DNA of 64,000 nt from positions 19,885-83,884 of the forward strand of contig JASEFR010000003.1 in NCBI GenBank assembly GCA_030019025.1. The letters are read 5' to 3'. This document shows positions 1-7,752 of the stretch, in pieces. The notes under the pieces are model-generated. The model had not been told where the DNA came from and made no database searches. It was given only the letters and a program-made list of their open reading frames with translations. Each line of letters opens with the position of its first letter. Position 1 is the stretch's first letter. Made by a program: the position numbers and the translations under genes. Source of the DNA: a bacterium (GTDB taxonomy: Bacteria > Hydrothermota > Hydrothermia > UBA1063).

Positions 1-231
1 TTCAAGAAAATGCTAAGAGAGTCGGATATGTATTCCATTGGATACCGGTGGGTTTTCGTTATTTTACCTGAAACCAACAAGTATGGACTGGAAGCGGTGC
101 TTAATAGACTTAAAGATAGTATAGATAAGATGTTTACTTCCAAGCGTTATTATGTGGCTAATTATCCTGAAGATGGTAAAGATGTGAAAGAACTTATAAT
201 TAGTGCTCTTAAATATAGGGTTTTAACTTGA
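1..231 (+). CDS. C-terminal fragment of a GGDEF-domain (diguanylate cyclase-like) protein, truncated by window start
   Basis: Frame is open from position 1. The motif GYRWVFVILPETN...LEAVLNRLKDSI resembles the C-terminal half of GGDEF domains (RYGGEEFxxLLPET...A...AERLR). The GG(D/E)EF signature itself lies upstream of the window. Confidence 0.35.
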   Translation, partial: FKKMLRESDMYSIGYRWVFVILPETNKYGLEAVLNRLKDSIDKMFTSKRYYVANYPEDGKDVKELIISALKYRVLT

Positions 232-234
232 TTC

Positions 235-855
235 TTAAAATAGTATTGAGTAAAGTACCAAGTTTACCCCAAATCTAATAGCTTCCTCTCTCAAGGAATC
301 AGGATCGTTATATTTGTCAGTCCATCCGTCAGAAATGTTTGAGTTGAAAGTGTAAAGCAATGAAAGTCTTCCTCCTACGAAAAGGCCTAAAGCAACCGGT
401 CTTCCTTCAAAATGTTCGTGAATTTTTGGTACCCCTCTCGGAAATTTGTAGTAAAGGTTATATATGGGATGGTGTATCGGAACTTCTTTCAGTTCATAAT
501 CTGGAAACCATTTTTTGAATTCTTTTCTGAAATATTCGTCCATCCCGTAATCATCGTCAATATAAACAAACCCGCCGTTAAAAACGTATTTCCGTAAATT
601 TTCAATTTCGACCATGCTTAATGAAATGTTGCCGTGTCCAGTTATAAAGAGAAAAGGATACTGAAAAATTCTATCATCTTCAAGAGTTAATACCACTTCT
701 GCTGGTTTGGCCTTCGCCGACGGCACTCTCTTTATAAGTTCAATACACAGATTTGGTAAGATTTCTGGGTCGTTGTACCAATCACCCCCACCATTATATT
801 TAATTCTCACAGGCTGAAAGACAAAACTTAAAAGTGTTACTAACAGCAAAATCAT
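235..855 (-). CDS. hypothetical protein (possible DUF4159/GATase1-like fold), N-terminal hydrophobic segment
   Basis: 206-aa ORF with an N-terminal TM/signal-like segment (MILLLVTLLSFVF). No catalytic motif recognised. Confidence 0.35.
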   Translation of the reverse strand: MILLLVTLLSFVFQPVRIKYNGGGDWYNDPEILPNLCIELIKRVPSAKAKPAEVVLTLEDDRIFQYPFLFITGHGNISLSMVEIENLRKYVFNGGFVYIDDDYGMDEYFRKEFKKWFPDYELKEVPIHHPIYNLYYKFPRGVPKIHEHFEGRPVALGLFVGGRLSLLYTFNSNISDGWTDKYNDPDSLREEAIRFGVNLVLYSILF

Positions 856-1154
856 CGCCTATCTGCTTTTTCTTCGATAGAAGTTATAAGTTTTTCAATG
901 AGTTTTCGGTCTTCCAGGATCTTATAAAGTTTTTCATAGTCCTTTACGGTGAAGAAAGCCTTTACAAGCGGTTCAAAAAAAACCATTGCCTGACTTGCAA
1001 AAAAAGAAAGAGGCTTTATTGATTCAAGAGTAACCACTGCTATAACAGAAAGGTTCAGGTTTACTATTTTTTCAGAGAATTTATCAATAAACTCTTCAAT
1101 CTCTTTTTCTTCAAAACTTGGTGTCTCTGAAGGTTTTAACTCTTCATTCAACAT
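852..1154 (-). CDS. hypothetical protein (100 aa, acidic)
   Basis: ORF whose ends overlap both neighbours by 4 and 11 nt, which suggests it is a real co-transcribed gene. No recognisable domain. Confidence 0.35.
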   Translation of the reverse strand: MLNEELKPSETPSFEEKEIEEFIDKFSEKIVNLNLSVIAVVTLESIKPLSFFASQAMVFFEPLVKAFFTVKDYEKLYKILEDRKLIEKLITSIEEKADRR

Positions 1155-1650
1155 AGACTTTTCCCTTGAATTTTACAGCCTTTAATGCAGGATCAGATTC
1201 TAATCCTGATGAACGAATTGTCTTGTTTTCTTTGTAAAGGAAAGACTCTGAAGGGCTATAAATTAAGTTTAGCTTTTGATTCCAAATTAGAATATTTGAA
1301 ATAAGCGAATCCCCGCTGGTGCTTGTCAATTTAACTTTTCCTCTTGCTTCCATGAATCCAGAGTTTTCGACAATAGTTCCAGTGTCCCCCACCATTGTCG
1401 CAGTGATTTCACCTTTATCAAAAAAATTCACCTTGAATTTTATAAGGTGAATCGTGTCGCCAGAATAAGTGGCCTTTTCTGAAAACACCTCAATTCTTTT
1501 TGCCTCGTATTCTTTTATTTGAAGATGGATGTTGTATGTCTCCTGGGGAGGTGTATTGTCTCGTTCCTCAAGAGATTTTTCTCTCTCCTTTTCACAGGAG
1601 AACAGAATCGCGATTGAAAAAAGAATTAAAGGTGTTGCTTTTATCTTCAT
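1144..1650 (-). CDS. LptC-like periplasmic lipoprotein (LPS export), putative
   Basis: 168-aa protein with a signal/lipobox-like N-terminus (ILFSC). It lies immediately downstream of kdsD and overlaps it by 4 nt, as in kdsD-(kdsC)-lptC arrangements. The assignment rests on context only. Confidence 0.35.
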   Translation of the reverse strand: MKIKATPLILFSIAILFSCEKEREKSLEERDNTPPQETYNIHLQIKEYEAKRIEVFSEKATYSGDTIHLIKFKVNFFDKGEITATMVGDTGTIVENSGFMEARGKVKLTSTSGDSLISNILIWNQKLNLIYSPSESFLYKENKTIRSSGLESDPALKAVKFKGKVYVE

Positions 1651-2615
1651 ATTACTTTAGCCCTCATCAAGTCGTGTAAGTGGATTATTCCAATTGGTTT
1701 ATTCAAATCATCAACGACAATTAATGCGGTAATTCCATAATGTTCCATTTTTGAGGCAGCAGTAGCGGCAAGTTCGTCTTTTTTAATGGTTTTGGGGTTT
1801 GTTGTCATGACTTCTTTTGCTTTGAGATTAAATATATCTTGAGTTTTTTCCAGAAGTCTTCTGAGGTCTCCATCCGTTATAACACCTATGAGGACTCCAT
1901 CATCGTCCACTACACTGGTTATTCCACGTTTTTGAGTCATTTCAAGGATGACTTCTTTCATCGGTGAATCTTTGTGAACGATAGGGACATGCTGTGGACC
2001 AGTAAGCATCATATCTTCTACTTTAAGCCAGTATTTTTTTCCAATGGTTCCTCCAGGATGAAGTGTGGCAAGTTGTTCCAGTTTAAGACCTTTTAATTCA
2101 GCAAGAATTATTGCTATCGCGTCTCCAAGAGCCATCATTGCAGTTGTTGACGTTGTGGGGACTATGTTGTATGGACATGCTTCCTTTTCCACTTTTACTA
2201 GTATGATGATGTCTGATTGTCGTGCCAAATCGGAATTTGGGTTGGATGTCATTCCAATTACAGGGATGTTTATTCTTTTTACATATGGCAAAATTATGCT
2301 AAATTCTTCCGATTGCCCACTCTTTGATATTGCCAGGAATATATCATCCTTTTGGATCATTCCCAATTCTCCATGTAAAGACTCAGAGGGATGTAAGAAG
2401 ACGGAAGGAATTCCTACTCCATTAAGAGTTGAGGAGATTTTTCTTCCCACAATTCCAGATTTGCCGACTCCGGAGACGACTATTCTACCTTTGCACTGAA
2501 GGAGAAGAATTAAAGCACGGTAGAAATTCTCATCAAGTGAATCTCTAAGAGATTTTAAACCTTCAAGTTCGATATCAATTATTTCTTGAGCCCTTTTAAG
2601 TATTTTTTCTTTCAT
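1647..2615 (-). CDS. kdsD: arabinose-5-phosphate isomerase KdsD/KpsF (SIS domain + 2 CBS domains)
   Basis: SIS domain motifs (VSGVGKSG, HPSESLHGELG) and a C-terminal tandem CBS pair. The 322-aa length is typical of KdsD. Confidence 0.85.
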   Translation of the reverse strand: MKEKILKRAQEIIDIELEGLKSLRDSLDENFYRALILLLQCKGRIVVSGVGKSGIVGRKISSTLNGVGIPSVFLHPSESLHGELGMIQKDDIFLAISKSGQSEEFSIILPYVKRINIPVIGMTSNPNSDLARQSDIIILVKVEKEACPYNIVPTTSTTAMMALGDAIAIILAELKGLKLEQLATLHPGGTIGKKYWLKVEDMMLTGPQHVPIVHKDSPMKEVILEMTQKRGITSVVDDDGVLIGVITDGDLRRLLEKTQDIFNLKAKEVMTTNPKTIKKDELAATAASKMEHYGITALIVVDDLNKPIGIIHLHDLMRAKVI

Positions 2616-3148
2616 AAGGGTATTCTAACTATGCTTTTGTAAACTGGTCCAGAAGGTGTTAAAGTACTTTGAAAAACGGTTAAATGGGTGATTTCGAATT
2701 CCTTAGAGGTGTATTTCAGCCAGTCCTTATCTAAGGCGGTCGATGATTTTAATCTCCCAATAGTTACATGGGGAATGTACTCTTTTTCTCTTTCACCGAT
2801 TTTAAGAGTTTTTGCGACCTCCTCCAGAGAGCCCCACACTTTTTTTAATTTATCTACTTCACCCTGAACACCTAACCACATTACCCTTGGATGGCGGAAG
2901 TTCGGGAAGCAGCCAAAATTTGTAATTAAGATTCTAATCTTTTCGCCCTTTTTAAATTTTTTTTCGAGTCTTGAAAGAAGTTCCTGAAGTTGTTTTTCCG
3001 TTATTTCCCCAAGAAATTTGCACGTTATATGTAAGTTTTCTTTCTCAACCCACTTCACATTACTTAACAGGGCGCTTTTCTCGTTTATAATTTTGTAGAT
3101 TTCGCCCTTTATACTTTCAGGTAGGTCAAATGCAGTAAATACTCTCAT
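2612..3148 (-). CDS. thpR: RNA 2',3'-cyclic phosphodiesterase ThpR/LigT (2H phosphoesterase)
   Basis: Two H-x-T/S-x motifs (HITCKF and HVTIGR). The size is about 180 aa. The annotated ORF start (3184) would overlap the tRNA, so an internal Met (MRVFTAF) is proposed as the start. Confidence 0.75.
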   Translation of the reverse strand: MRVFTAFDLPESIKGEIYKIINEKSALLSNVKWVEKENLHITCKFLGEITEKQLQELLSRLEKKFKKGEKIRILITNFGCFPNFRHPRVMWLGVQGEVDKLKKVWGSLEEVAKTLKIGEREKEYIPHVTIGRLKSSTALDKDWLKYTSKEFEITHLTVFQSTLTPSGPVYKSIVRIPL

Positions 3149-3159
3149 ATATGCCTCTA

Positions 3160-3248
3160 CGGAGGGGGTGGGATTTGAACCCACGATCCCCTGTTAAGGG
3201 GATACACGATTTCGAATCGTGCGCCTTCAGCCGCTCGGCCACCCCTCC
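3160..3248 (-). tRNA. tRNA-Ser (anticodon CGA), long variable arm, CCA not encoded
   Basis: The reverse complement reads GGAGGGGTGGCCGAGCGGCTGAAGGCGCACGATTCGAAATCGTG...GGTTCAAATCCCACCCCCTCCG. It has a 7-bp acceptor stem and the anticodon loop TTCGAAA. The extra arm and TPsiC-like GGTTCAAATCC are present. Confidence 0.85.
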
Positions 3249-3351
3249 ATCAGTTAAATAAATATGAAGCCATATTTAAGTTTAATCAATTAAACTTTGC
3301 AGTGATTGGTGCTTTTATAAACGAGATTGGCACTATAATATTAAGAATGAG

Positions 3352-4206
3352 ATGAAAAAGAGGTTGGTTTTTGTTTTCTTGCTAAATTTACTTATCTCTC
3401 TTTCTGAAGTAATTGGTAGTATTTTTTCTGGTAGTTATTCTCTACTTTCGGATGCGTTGCATAATTTTCAGGATTCTCTGTCACAACTTTTTTCTTTAAT
3501 TGCGTTAATTCTGAGCGAAAAGGGAAGAACCAAGAAATTCACTTTTGGTTTTGCAAGATTTGAGATTCTTGCCGCTCTTATTAATGCCACGGTCGTATCT
3601 CTTTTAGCTCTTTTAATGATTGTTGGCGGTTTAAAAAGAGTTTTTAAGCCCCAAGAGATTAAACTTACCGTTCTAATTCCAGTTAGTATGATTGGATTGG
3701 TTGCGAATGCGCTCTCTTTGACATTACTTCATACTCATTCCAAGAAAAGCTTAAACATAAAGTCCACTTATCTTCATTTATTGGGCGATGCCCTTTCCTC
3801 AATTGGAGTAATAGTTGGTGGATTATTAATGCTCTTATTTAAAATATTCTGGATTGATGGAATAATAGCGGTCCTTATTGGAACGTTTATTCTTAAAGAA
3901 GGTGTTCAAGTAATAGTTGAGTCGCTGAGGATCTTCCTTCAGGCAGCACCTTTCACTGTGAATGAGAGTGAAATTTTTGATTTGTTAAAAGATATTCCGG
4001 GGGTAAAAGGAATTCACCACATTCATATCTGGAGTTTAAAAGACGGGAGAATTCATTTTGAGGCCCATTTAGAAGTGGATGATATGTATATATCACAATC
4101 AAAGGAGATTATAGAAAAGGTGAACCTCCGTCTGCGCGACAGGTTAAAAATCAGCCATTCCACATTGCAACTTGAAAGTGCAGACTGTATGAATAGAACA
4201 TGTTAG
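3352..4206 (+). CDS. cation diffusion facilitator family transporter (CzcD/ZitB-like)
   Basis: Six hydrophobic helices, a conserved H/D-rich TM2/TM5 pattern, and a C-terminal cytoplasmic domain with HHIHIW. Confidence 0.8.
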   Translation: MKKRLVFVFLLNLLISLSEVIGSIFSGSYSLLSDALHNFQDSLSQLFSLIALILSEKGRTKKFTFGFARFEILAALINATVVSLLALLMIVGGLKRVFKPQEIKLTVLIPVSMIGLVANALSLTLLHTHSKKSLNIKSTYLHLLGDALSSIGVIVGGLLMLLFKIFWIDGIIAVLIGTFILKEGVQVIVESLRIFLQAAPFTVNESEIFDLLKDIPGVKGIHHIHIWSLKDGRIHFEAHLEVDDMYISQSKEIIEKVNLRLRDRLKISHSTLQLESADCMNRTC

Positions 4207-4227
4207 AGGTTTGTTTCTTTTCGGTGT

Positions 4228-4276
4228 TTGACTTTTCACTGTGTAATATATACAATTTAACGGGTACAATTTAAAC
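4228..4276 (+). promoter_or_regulatory. putative promoter/operator of the sbcD-sbcC-addA-addB operon
   Basis: TTGACT -35-like hexamer at about 4228-4233, with a TATATA/TATACA -10 candidate 13-15 nt downstream. The direct repeat TACAATTTAA(C/A) occurs twice (about 4251-4261 and 4265-4275). There is an imperfect LexA-box-like palindrome, CACTGTGTAATATATACAAT. Confidence 0.3.
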
Positions 4277-4279
4277 AGT

Positions 4280-5422
4280 ATGAAGATAGCTCATACCTCT
4301 GATCTTCACATCGATTCACAACATCAAGAAAGATGGGACGCTCTTCAAATTGTTCTGGAAAAAGCGGGGCAGGAAAAAGTAGACTATCTTGTTATTGCGG
4401 GAGATCTCTTTGATGATGTTGAAGCTGCAAGCGAATATATTACTAAACTGAGAAGGTACTTTTCAGGTTTAGGCTTTAAAGTGATAATGATTGCAGGTAA
4501 TCACGACTACAAATCCTTTGAAGATGAAAGGGATTTGGGTGACGATGTTATAGTTCTCTCCCGAAAAAACCCACTTTTCAAAGATGCTTCAAACGGGGTT
4601 TCCTTCTTCACTGTTCCGTATTTACAGGGTGTGGGAAATGAATATTTTTATGAACAGTTGGCTTATATTTCCAAGAATTTAGAAAGCACTGTTTTCAACA
4701 TTTTAGTTTATCATGGAGATCTTGATGAAGTTGTGAAAAAGGTGAGATACAGAAGGGAGGTTACAGGTGGTGAAGTGGAATCTGCCTTTTCCTTGTCTGT
4801 GAGAGTTTTGCAAAAGTTTCCCATGGTTCAACTTGTACTATCAGGCCATTATCACACCTATGGAGATCCGATCCCTATTGATGAAACTGGACGTTTTGTG
4901 GTTTATTCTGGCGCACCCGTTTCAATTACACGAGGCGACTTGGGACCAAGATATTTGGTGGTTTACGATGTAAACCGTGAAAGCAAAAGCGTTTCTGTAA
5001 GTAAGCTTCCCCTTGGTACTCTTTACTTCGAGAAGCTTGAAATACATTTGAGTCCGACGAGCGTAGAATCTATTGAGAATGTCGTTTTTTCAGGGATTCA
5101 GAATTCTCTCAAAGGGGACTCTGGCAAAATCTTGCTATTGCAGTTGAAAGGATATATTAATAGCCAAGAGCAGGGTATAAATGAGGTAAAGTTAAAAGAT
5201 ATTGTGAGAAGATATTGTGAAGAGAAATGGAAAGGGAGAGTCGTCCTACAAGAGGACTGGTTTGGAGTTCTGGACGTTGCCTTTCTTGTGGACAAACCTT
5301 TTAGTCGTAGTATTCTTGAGCAGATCGAACGTTTGGACTTACAGGAAGAGGACAAAAGAATCTTAAAGGAATGGTTTGTTTCAGCTCTCAGCAAGGTTTA
5401 TTCACAGAAGGTTAAAATATGA
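4280..5422 (+). CDS. sbcD: SbcD/Mre11-family nuclease (YhaO-like calcineurin-like phosphoesterase)
   Basis: Metallophosphoesterase motifs: DLH near the N-terminus, GDLFD, GNHD, and GHYH. The 4-nt overlap with the next gene indicates translational coupling. Confidence 0.8.
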   Translation: MKIAHTSDLHIDSQHQERWDALQIVLEKAGQEKVDYLVIAGDLFDDVEAASEYITKLRRYFSGLGFKVIMIAGNHDYKSFEDERDLGDDVIVLSRKNPLFKDASNGVSFFTVPYLQGVGNEYFYEQLAYISKNLESTVFNILVYHGDLDEVVKKVRYRREVTGGEVESAFSLSVRVLQKFPMVQLVLSGHYHTYGDPIPIDETGRFVVYSGAPVSITRGDLGPRYLVVYDVNRESKSVSVSKLPLGTLYFEKLEIHLSPTSVESIENVVFSGIQNSLKGDSGKILLLQLKGYINSQEQGINEVKLKDIVRRYCEEKWKGRVVLQEDWFGVLDVAFLVDKPFSRSILEQIERLDLQEEDKRILKEWFVSALSKVYSQKVKI

Positions 5423-7752
5423 AGATTAGACGAATTGAAATAAAAAATTTTGGACCGCTCAGTTTAAAAAATCCCATTGAGCCTGGGGATTTTACGCTTA
5501 TATGGGGACTTAATGAGAAGGGTAAGACTCTGGTTATAGAGGCTCTACTTAATAACCTGCCAATGGATGTAACTGAAAGAGGATTTGACAAGAAAGTTTT
5601 GAGAATTTTGGATAAGGAGGGAGTTTCTGTCGAAATTGAAGACGAAGGAAGGACATACAGTAAATCCCTGAACAGATTTTTAGATTTAAAACTAACAAAG
5701 AGTGATATTTATAATCTGTTTTTTGTATTGAACAGTTCCCTCATTTACACAAAGGACGAGGAAGTTTTCAGATCCGCTCTTGACAGGTTGAGCAGTACCT
5801 ACATTGATATTCTTCAGAGTGTGAAGAAAAAGCTTTTGGAAACTAATAAGTTAACAGAAACCCTCAGTTTAAAGAATACGCGGGATGAAGATTACCTTGC
5901 AGATCGTTACGAAAAAGCAAAGGAAACTTTAACGAAAATAGAAAGCCTTTTCAAAGAGATAGAAGAGAAGAGTTACGCTGAGCTGGAATACAAGGCAGGG
6001 GAGTTAAAGCGTGAACTCGAGAATATTATGAATATTGAAGAAAATTTAAAAAGAAAAAAGGCTGAGAAGATATTGGGAAGAACGGAAGAACTTATGAATC
6101 TCTATTTTGACTACAAAGCGCGGGCTGAGGCGTTCAAAAGCTATACAGAGGAAGCTTTGGAAAATTTAAGGAACCTTTACAAAGAACTTGAAAATGTTAA
6201 TAGAGAGATAGAGGTAGTTAAGGAGAAAGATCTAAAGTCTTTTGAAGAAAAAATTTTGGAACTTTCTCAAAAACTTGTTAATTTCGGCAAAGTTAAAAGT
6301 GAAATTCAAAGAATTGAGTTGACGGAGAAGCTTTTGGAGGAAAAGATAGTCAAGTACAGGATAATGTTACCTGACTATGAAAAGAACTTGAAGAAGAAAA
6401 AGTTAATGATTGTATTATTCAGTATTTCAGTACTTCTTTTTGTGGGTTTTTTAGGGAGTGCTACAGTTCTCAAAAATAACCTTTTATTTGGGGTGTCGTT
6501 ATTGTTTTTTGTTATTACCTCTGCCTTTCTCTATCTATATTCAAAATCACTTAACTTTGTAAAAGATTTTACCCTTTTAAAGTCCGAAATTTTTGATAGG
6601 GCAAGGAGTGTGGGATTTAAGTCAAATGAGGTTGACGAGCTGTTAGATGAACTGGAAAAGATCAAGCAGGAATTGATTGAAAAGGAGAAAGAATTGGAGG
6701 GTTTCAGACGAGAAAAAGAGACACTGGAAACTTTGAAGAGGAGTAAAGAAGATGAGCTCAAAAATTTGGAAGGAAAAAGAAACGAAATTAGAGCCAGAAT
6801 TGAGGTTGAAAGTGAAAAGTATGAAGTTAAGAATTTATCTGAATTTGAGGAAAAAGTGAAGGAGAGAAGAGATTATGAGAATAGAATGCGGGAATTTTTT
6901 AAAGAACTGGAGGGACTTTGGCACACTGAAATCGGTTCTTATAATGATGAAAATGACTTCTTTGTCAAGCTTCAGGAAGAGTTGAGAAAGCTGAGAGTCC
7001 GTAGTAGTGGAGAAGGAGAAGAGTACCATCACGAACTGCAAGATCTTGAGGCAATTGAAGAAAAAAGAAAGAAGCTGGCACAACTTAAAGAGGAAGTTGA
7101 CAAAAGACTTCTCAATTTACGGGATAATTTTGCAAAGATTGAAAGTGAGGTACAGCAAATCATTAAGAGCTCAGTACCTGTAAAGACGATAAGTGACCTT
7201 ATAGATTGCAAGAAAATTCTTGAGAATTTTATATATGAATTGGAAAAAAGAATGAGGCTTAGTAAGGTTTTGGTTGATATTTTGGATAAAGAAATTGAGG
7301 GGAGCAAAAACAGATTTAATGATCTATTTAGCGACTTAACGCAAACATCCGAATTTTTTGAACGAATAACTGGTGGAAGATATAAAGTTATACTATACGA
7401 TCAGGAGAAGAGGACTATAAAAGTTGAGGATAAAAAGGGGAATGTCATAGAAATCTCTAAACTTTCAGGTGGTACAATTGATCAGTTATTTTTTGCCATA
7501 AGGCTTGGCCTCGGAATTAAAGTTTTAGAGGGGAGAAAAGGATTTTTTGTTTTTGACGACCCGTTCATTAAAAGTGACTCCGAAAGGCTGAAAAGGGAAT
7601 TGGATCTGCTTGTGGAAATTTCAAAAGACGGGTGGCAGATTTTGTATTTCAGTTGTAAGGATGAGGTTAAAGATTATTTACTAAGAAATTATGCAGATTA
7701 TGTAAAATTTGTGGATCTTAATGAAAATTCAAGTCTTGCACACGAAATTTGA
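5419..7752 (+). CDS. sbcC: SbcC/Rad50-family ATPase with long coiled coil and central transmembrane hairpin (YhaN-like)
   Basis: N-terminal Walker A (WGLNEKGKT). The central part is extremely K/E-rich heptad-like sequence. The C-terminus has the LSGG signature (ISKLSGGTIDQ) and Walker B/D-loop (FFVFDDPF). There is no CxxC zinc hook. Instead there are two hydrophobic helices (LMIVLFSISVLLFVGFLGS...LLFGVSLLFFVITSAFLYLY) at about nt 6406-6545. Confidence 0.75.
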   Translation: MKIRRIEIKNFGPLSLKNPIEPGDFTLIWGLNEKGKTLVIEALLNNLPMDVTERGFDKKVLRILDKEGVSVEIEDEGRTYSKSLNRFLDLKLTKSDIYNLFFVLNSSLIYTKDEEVFRSALDRLSSTYIDILQSVKKKLLETNKLTETLSLKNTRDEDYLADRYEKAKETLTKIESLFKEIEEKSYAELEYKAGELKRELENIMNIEENLKRKKAEKILGRTEELMNLYFDYKARAEAFKSYTEEALENLRNLYKELENVNREIEVVKEKDLKSFEEKILELSQKLVNFGKVKSEIQRIELTEKLLEEKIVKYRIMLPDYEKNLKKKKLMIVLFSISVLLFVGFLGSATVLKNNLLFGVSLLFFVITSAFLYLYSKSLNFVKDFTLLKSEIFDRARSVGFKSNEVDELLDELEKIKQELIEKEKELEGFRREKETLETLKRSKEDELKNLEGKRNEIRARIEVESEKYEVKNLSEFEEKVKERRDYENRMREFFKELEGLWHTEIGSYNDENDFFVKLQEELRKLRVRSSGEGEEYHHELQDLEAIEEKRKKLAQLKEEVDKRLLNLRDNFAKIESEVQQIIKSSVPVKTISDLIDCKKILENFIYELEKRMRLSKVLVDILDKEIEGSKNRFNDLFSDLTQTSEFFERITGGRYKVILYDQEKRTIKVEDKKGNVIEISKLSGGTIDQLFFAIRLGLGIKVLEGRKGFFVFDDPFIKSDSERLKRELDLLVEISKDGWQILYFSCKDEVKDYLLRNYADYVKFVDLNENSSLAHEI

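Noticed and set aside
2065-2499. 144-aa plus-strand ORF antisense inside kdsD, with similar antisense ORFs elsewhere (e.g. 5098-5394, 9011-9457, 31293-34115 series, 36444-36737, 37527-37874, 48695-49087)
   Set aside because: They are entirely embedded opposite well-supported genes, have low-complexity or S/L-rich composition typical of antisense frames, and have no RBS or motifs.
3290-3351. TGGCAC / TTGCA elements resembling a sigma-54 -24/-12 promoter upstream of the CDF transporter gene
   Set aside because: The elements are in the wrong order and spacing (TTGCA precedes TGG, and no GC lies 5 nt after TGGCAC). A sigma-70-like TATAAT is present instead.
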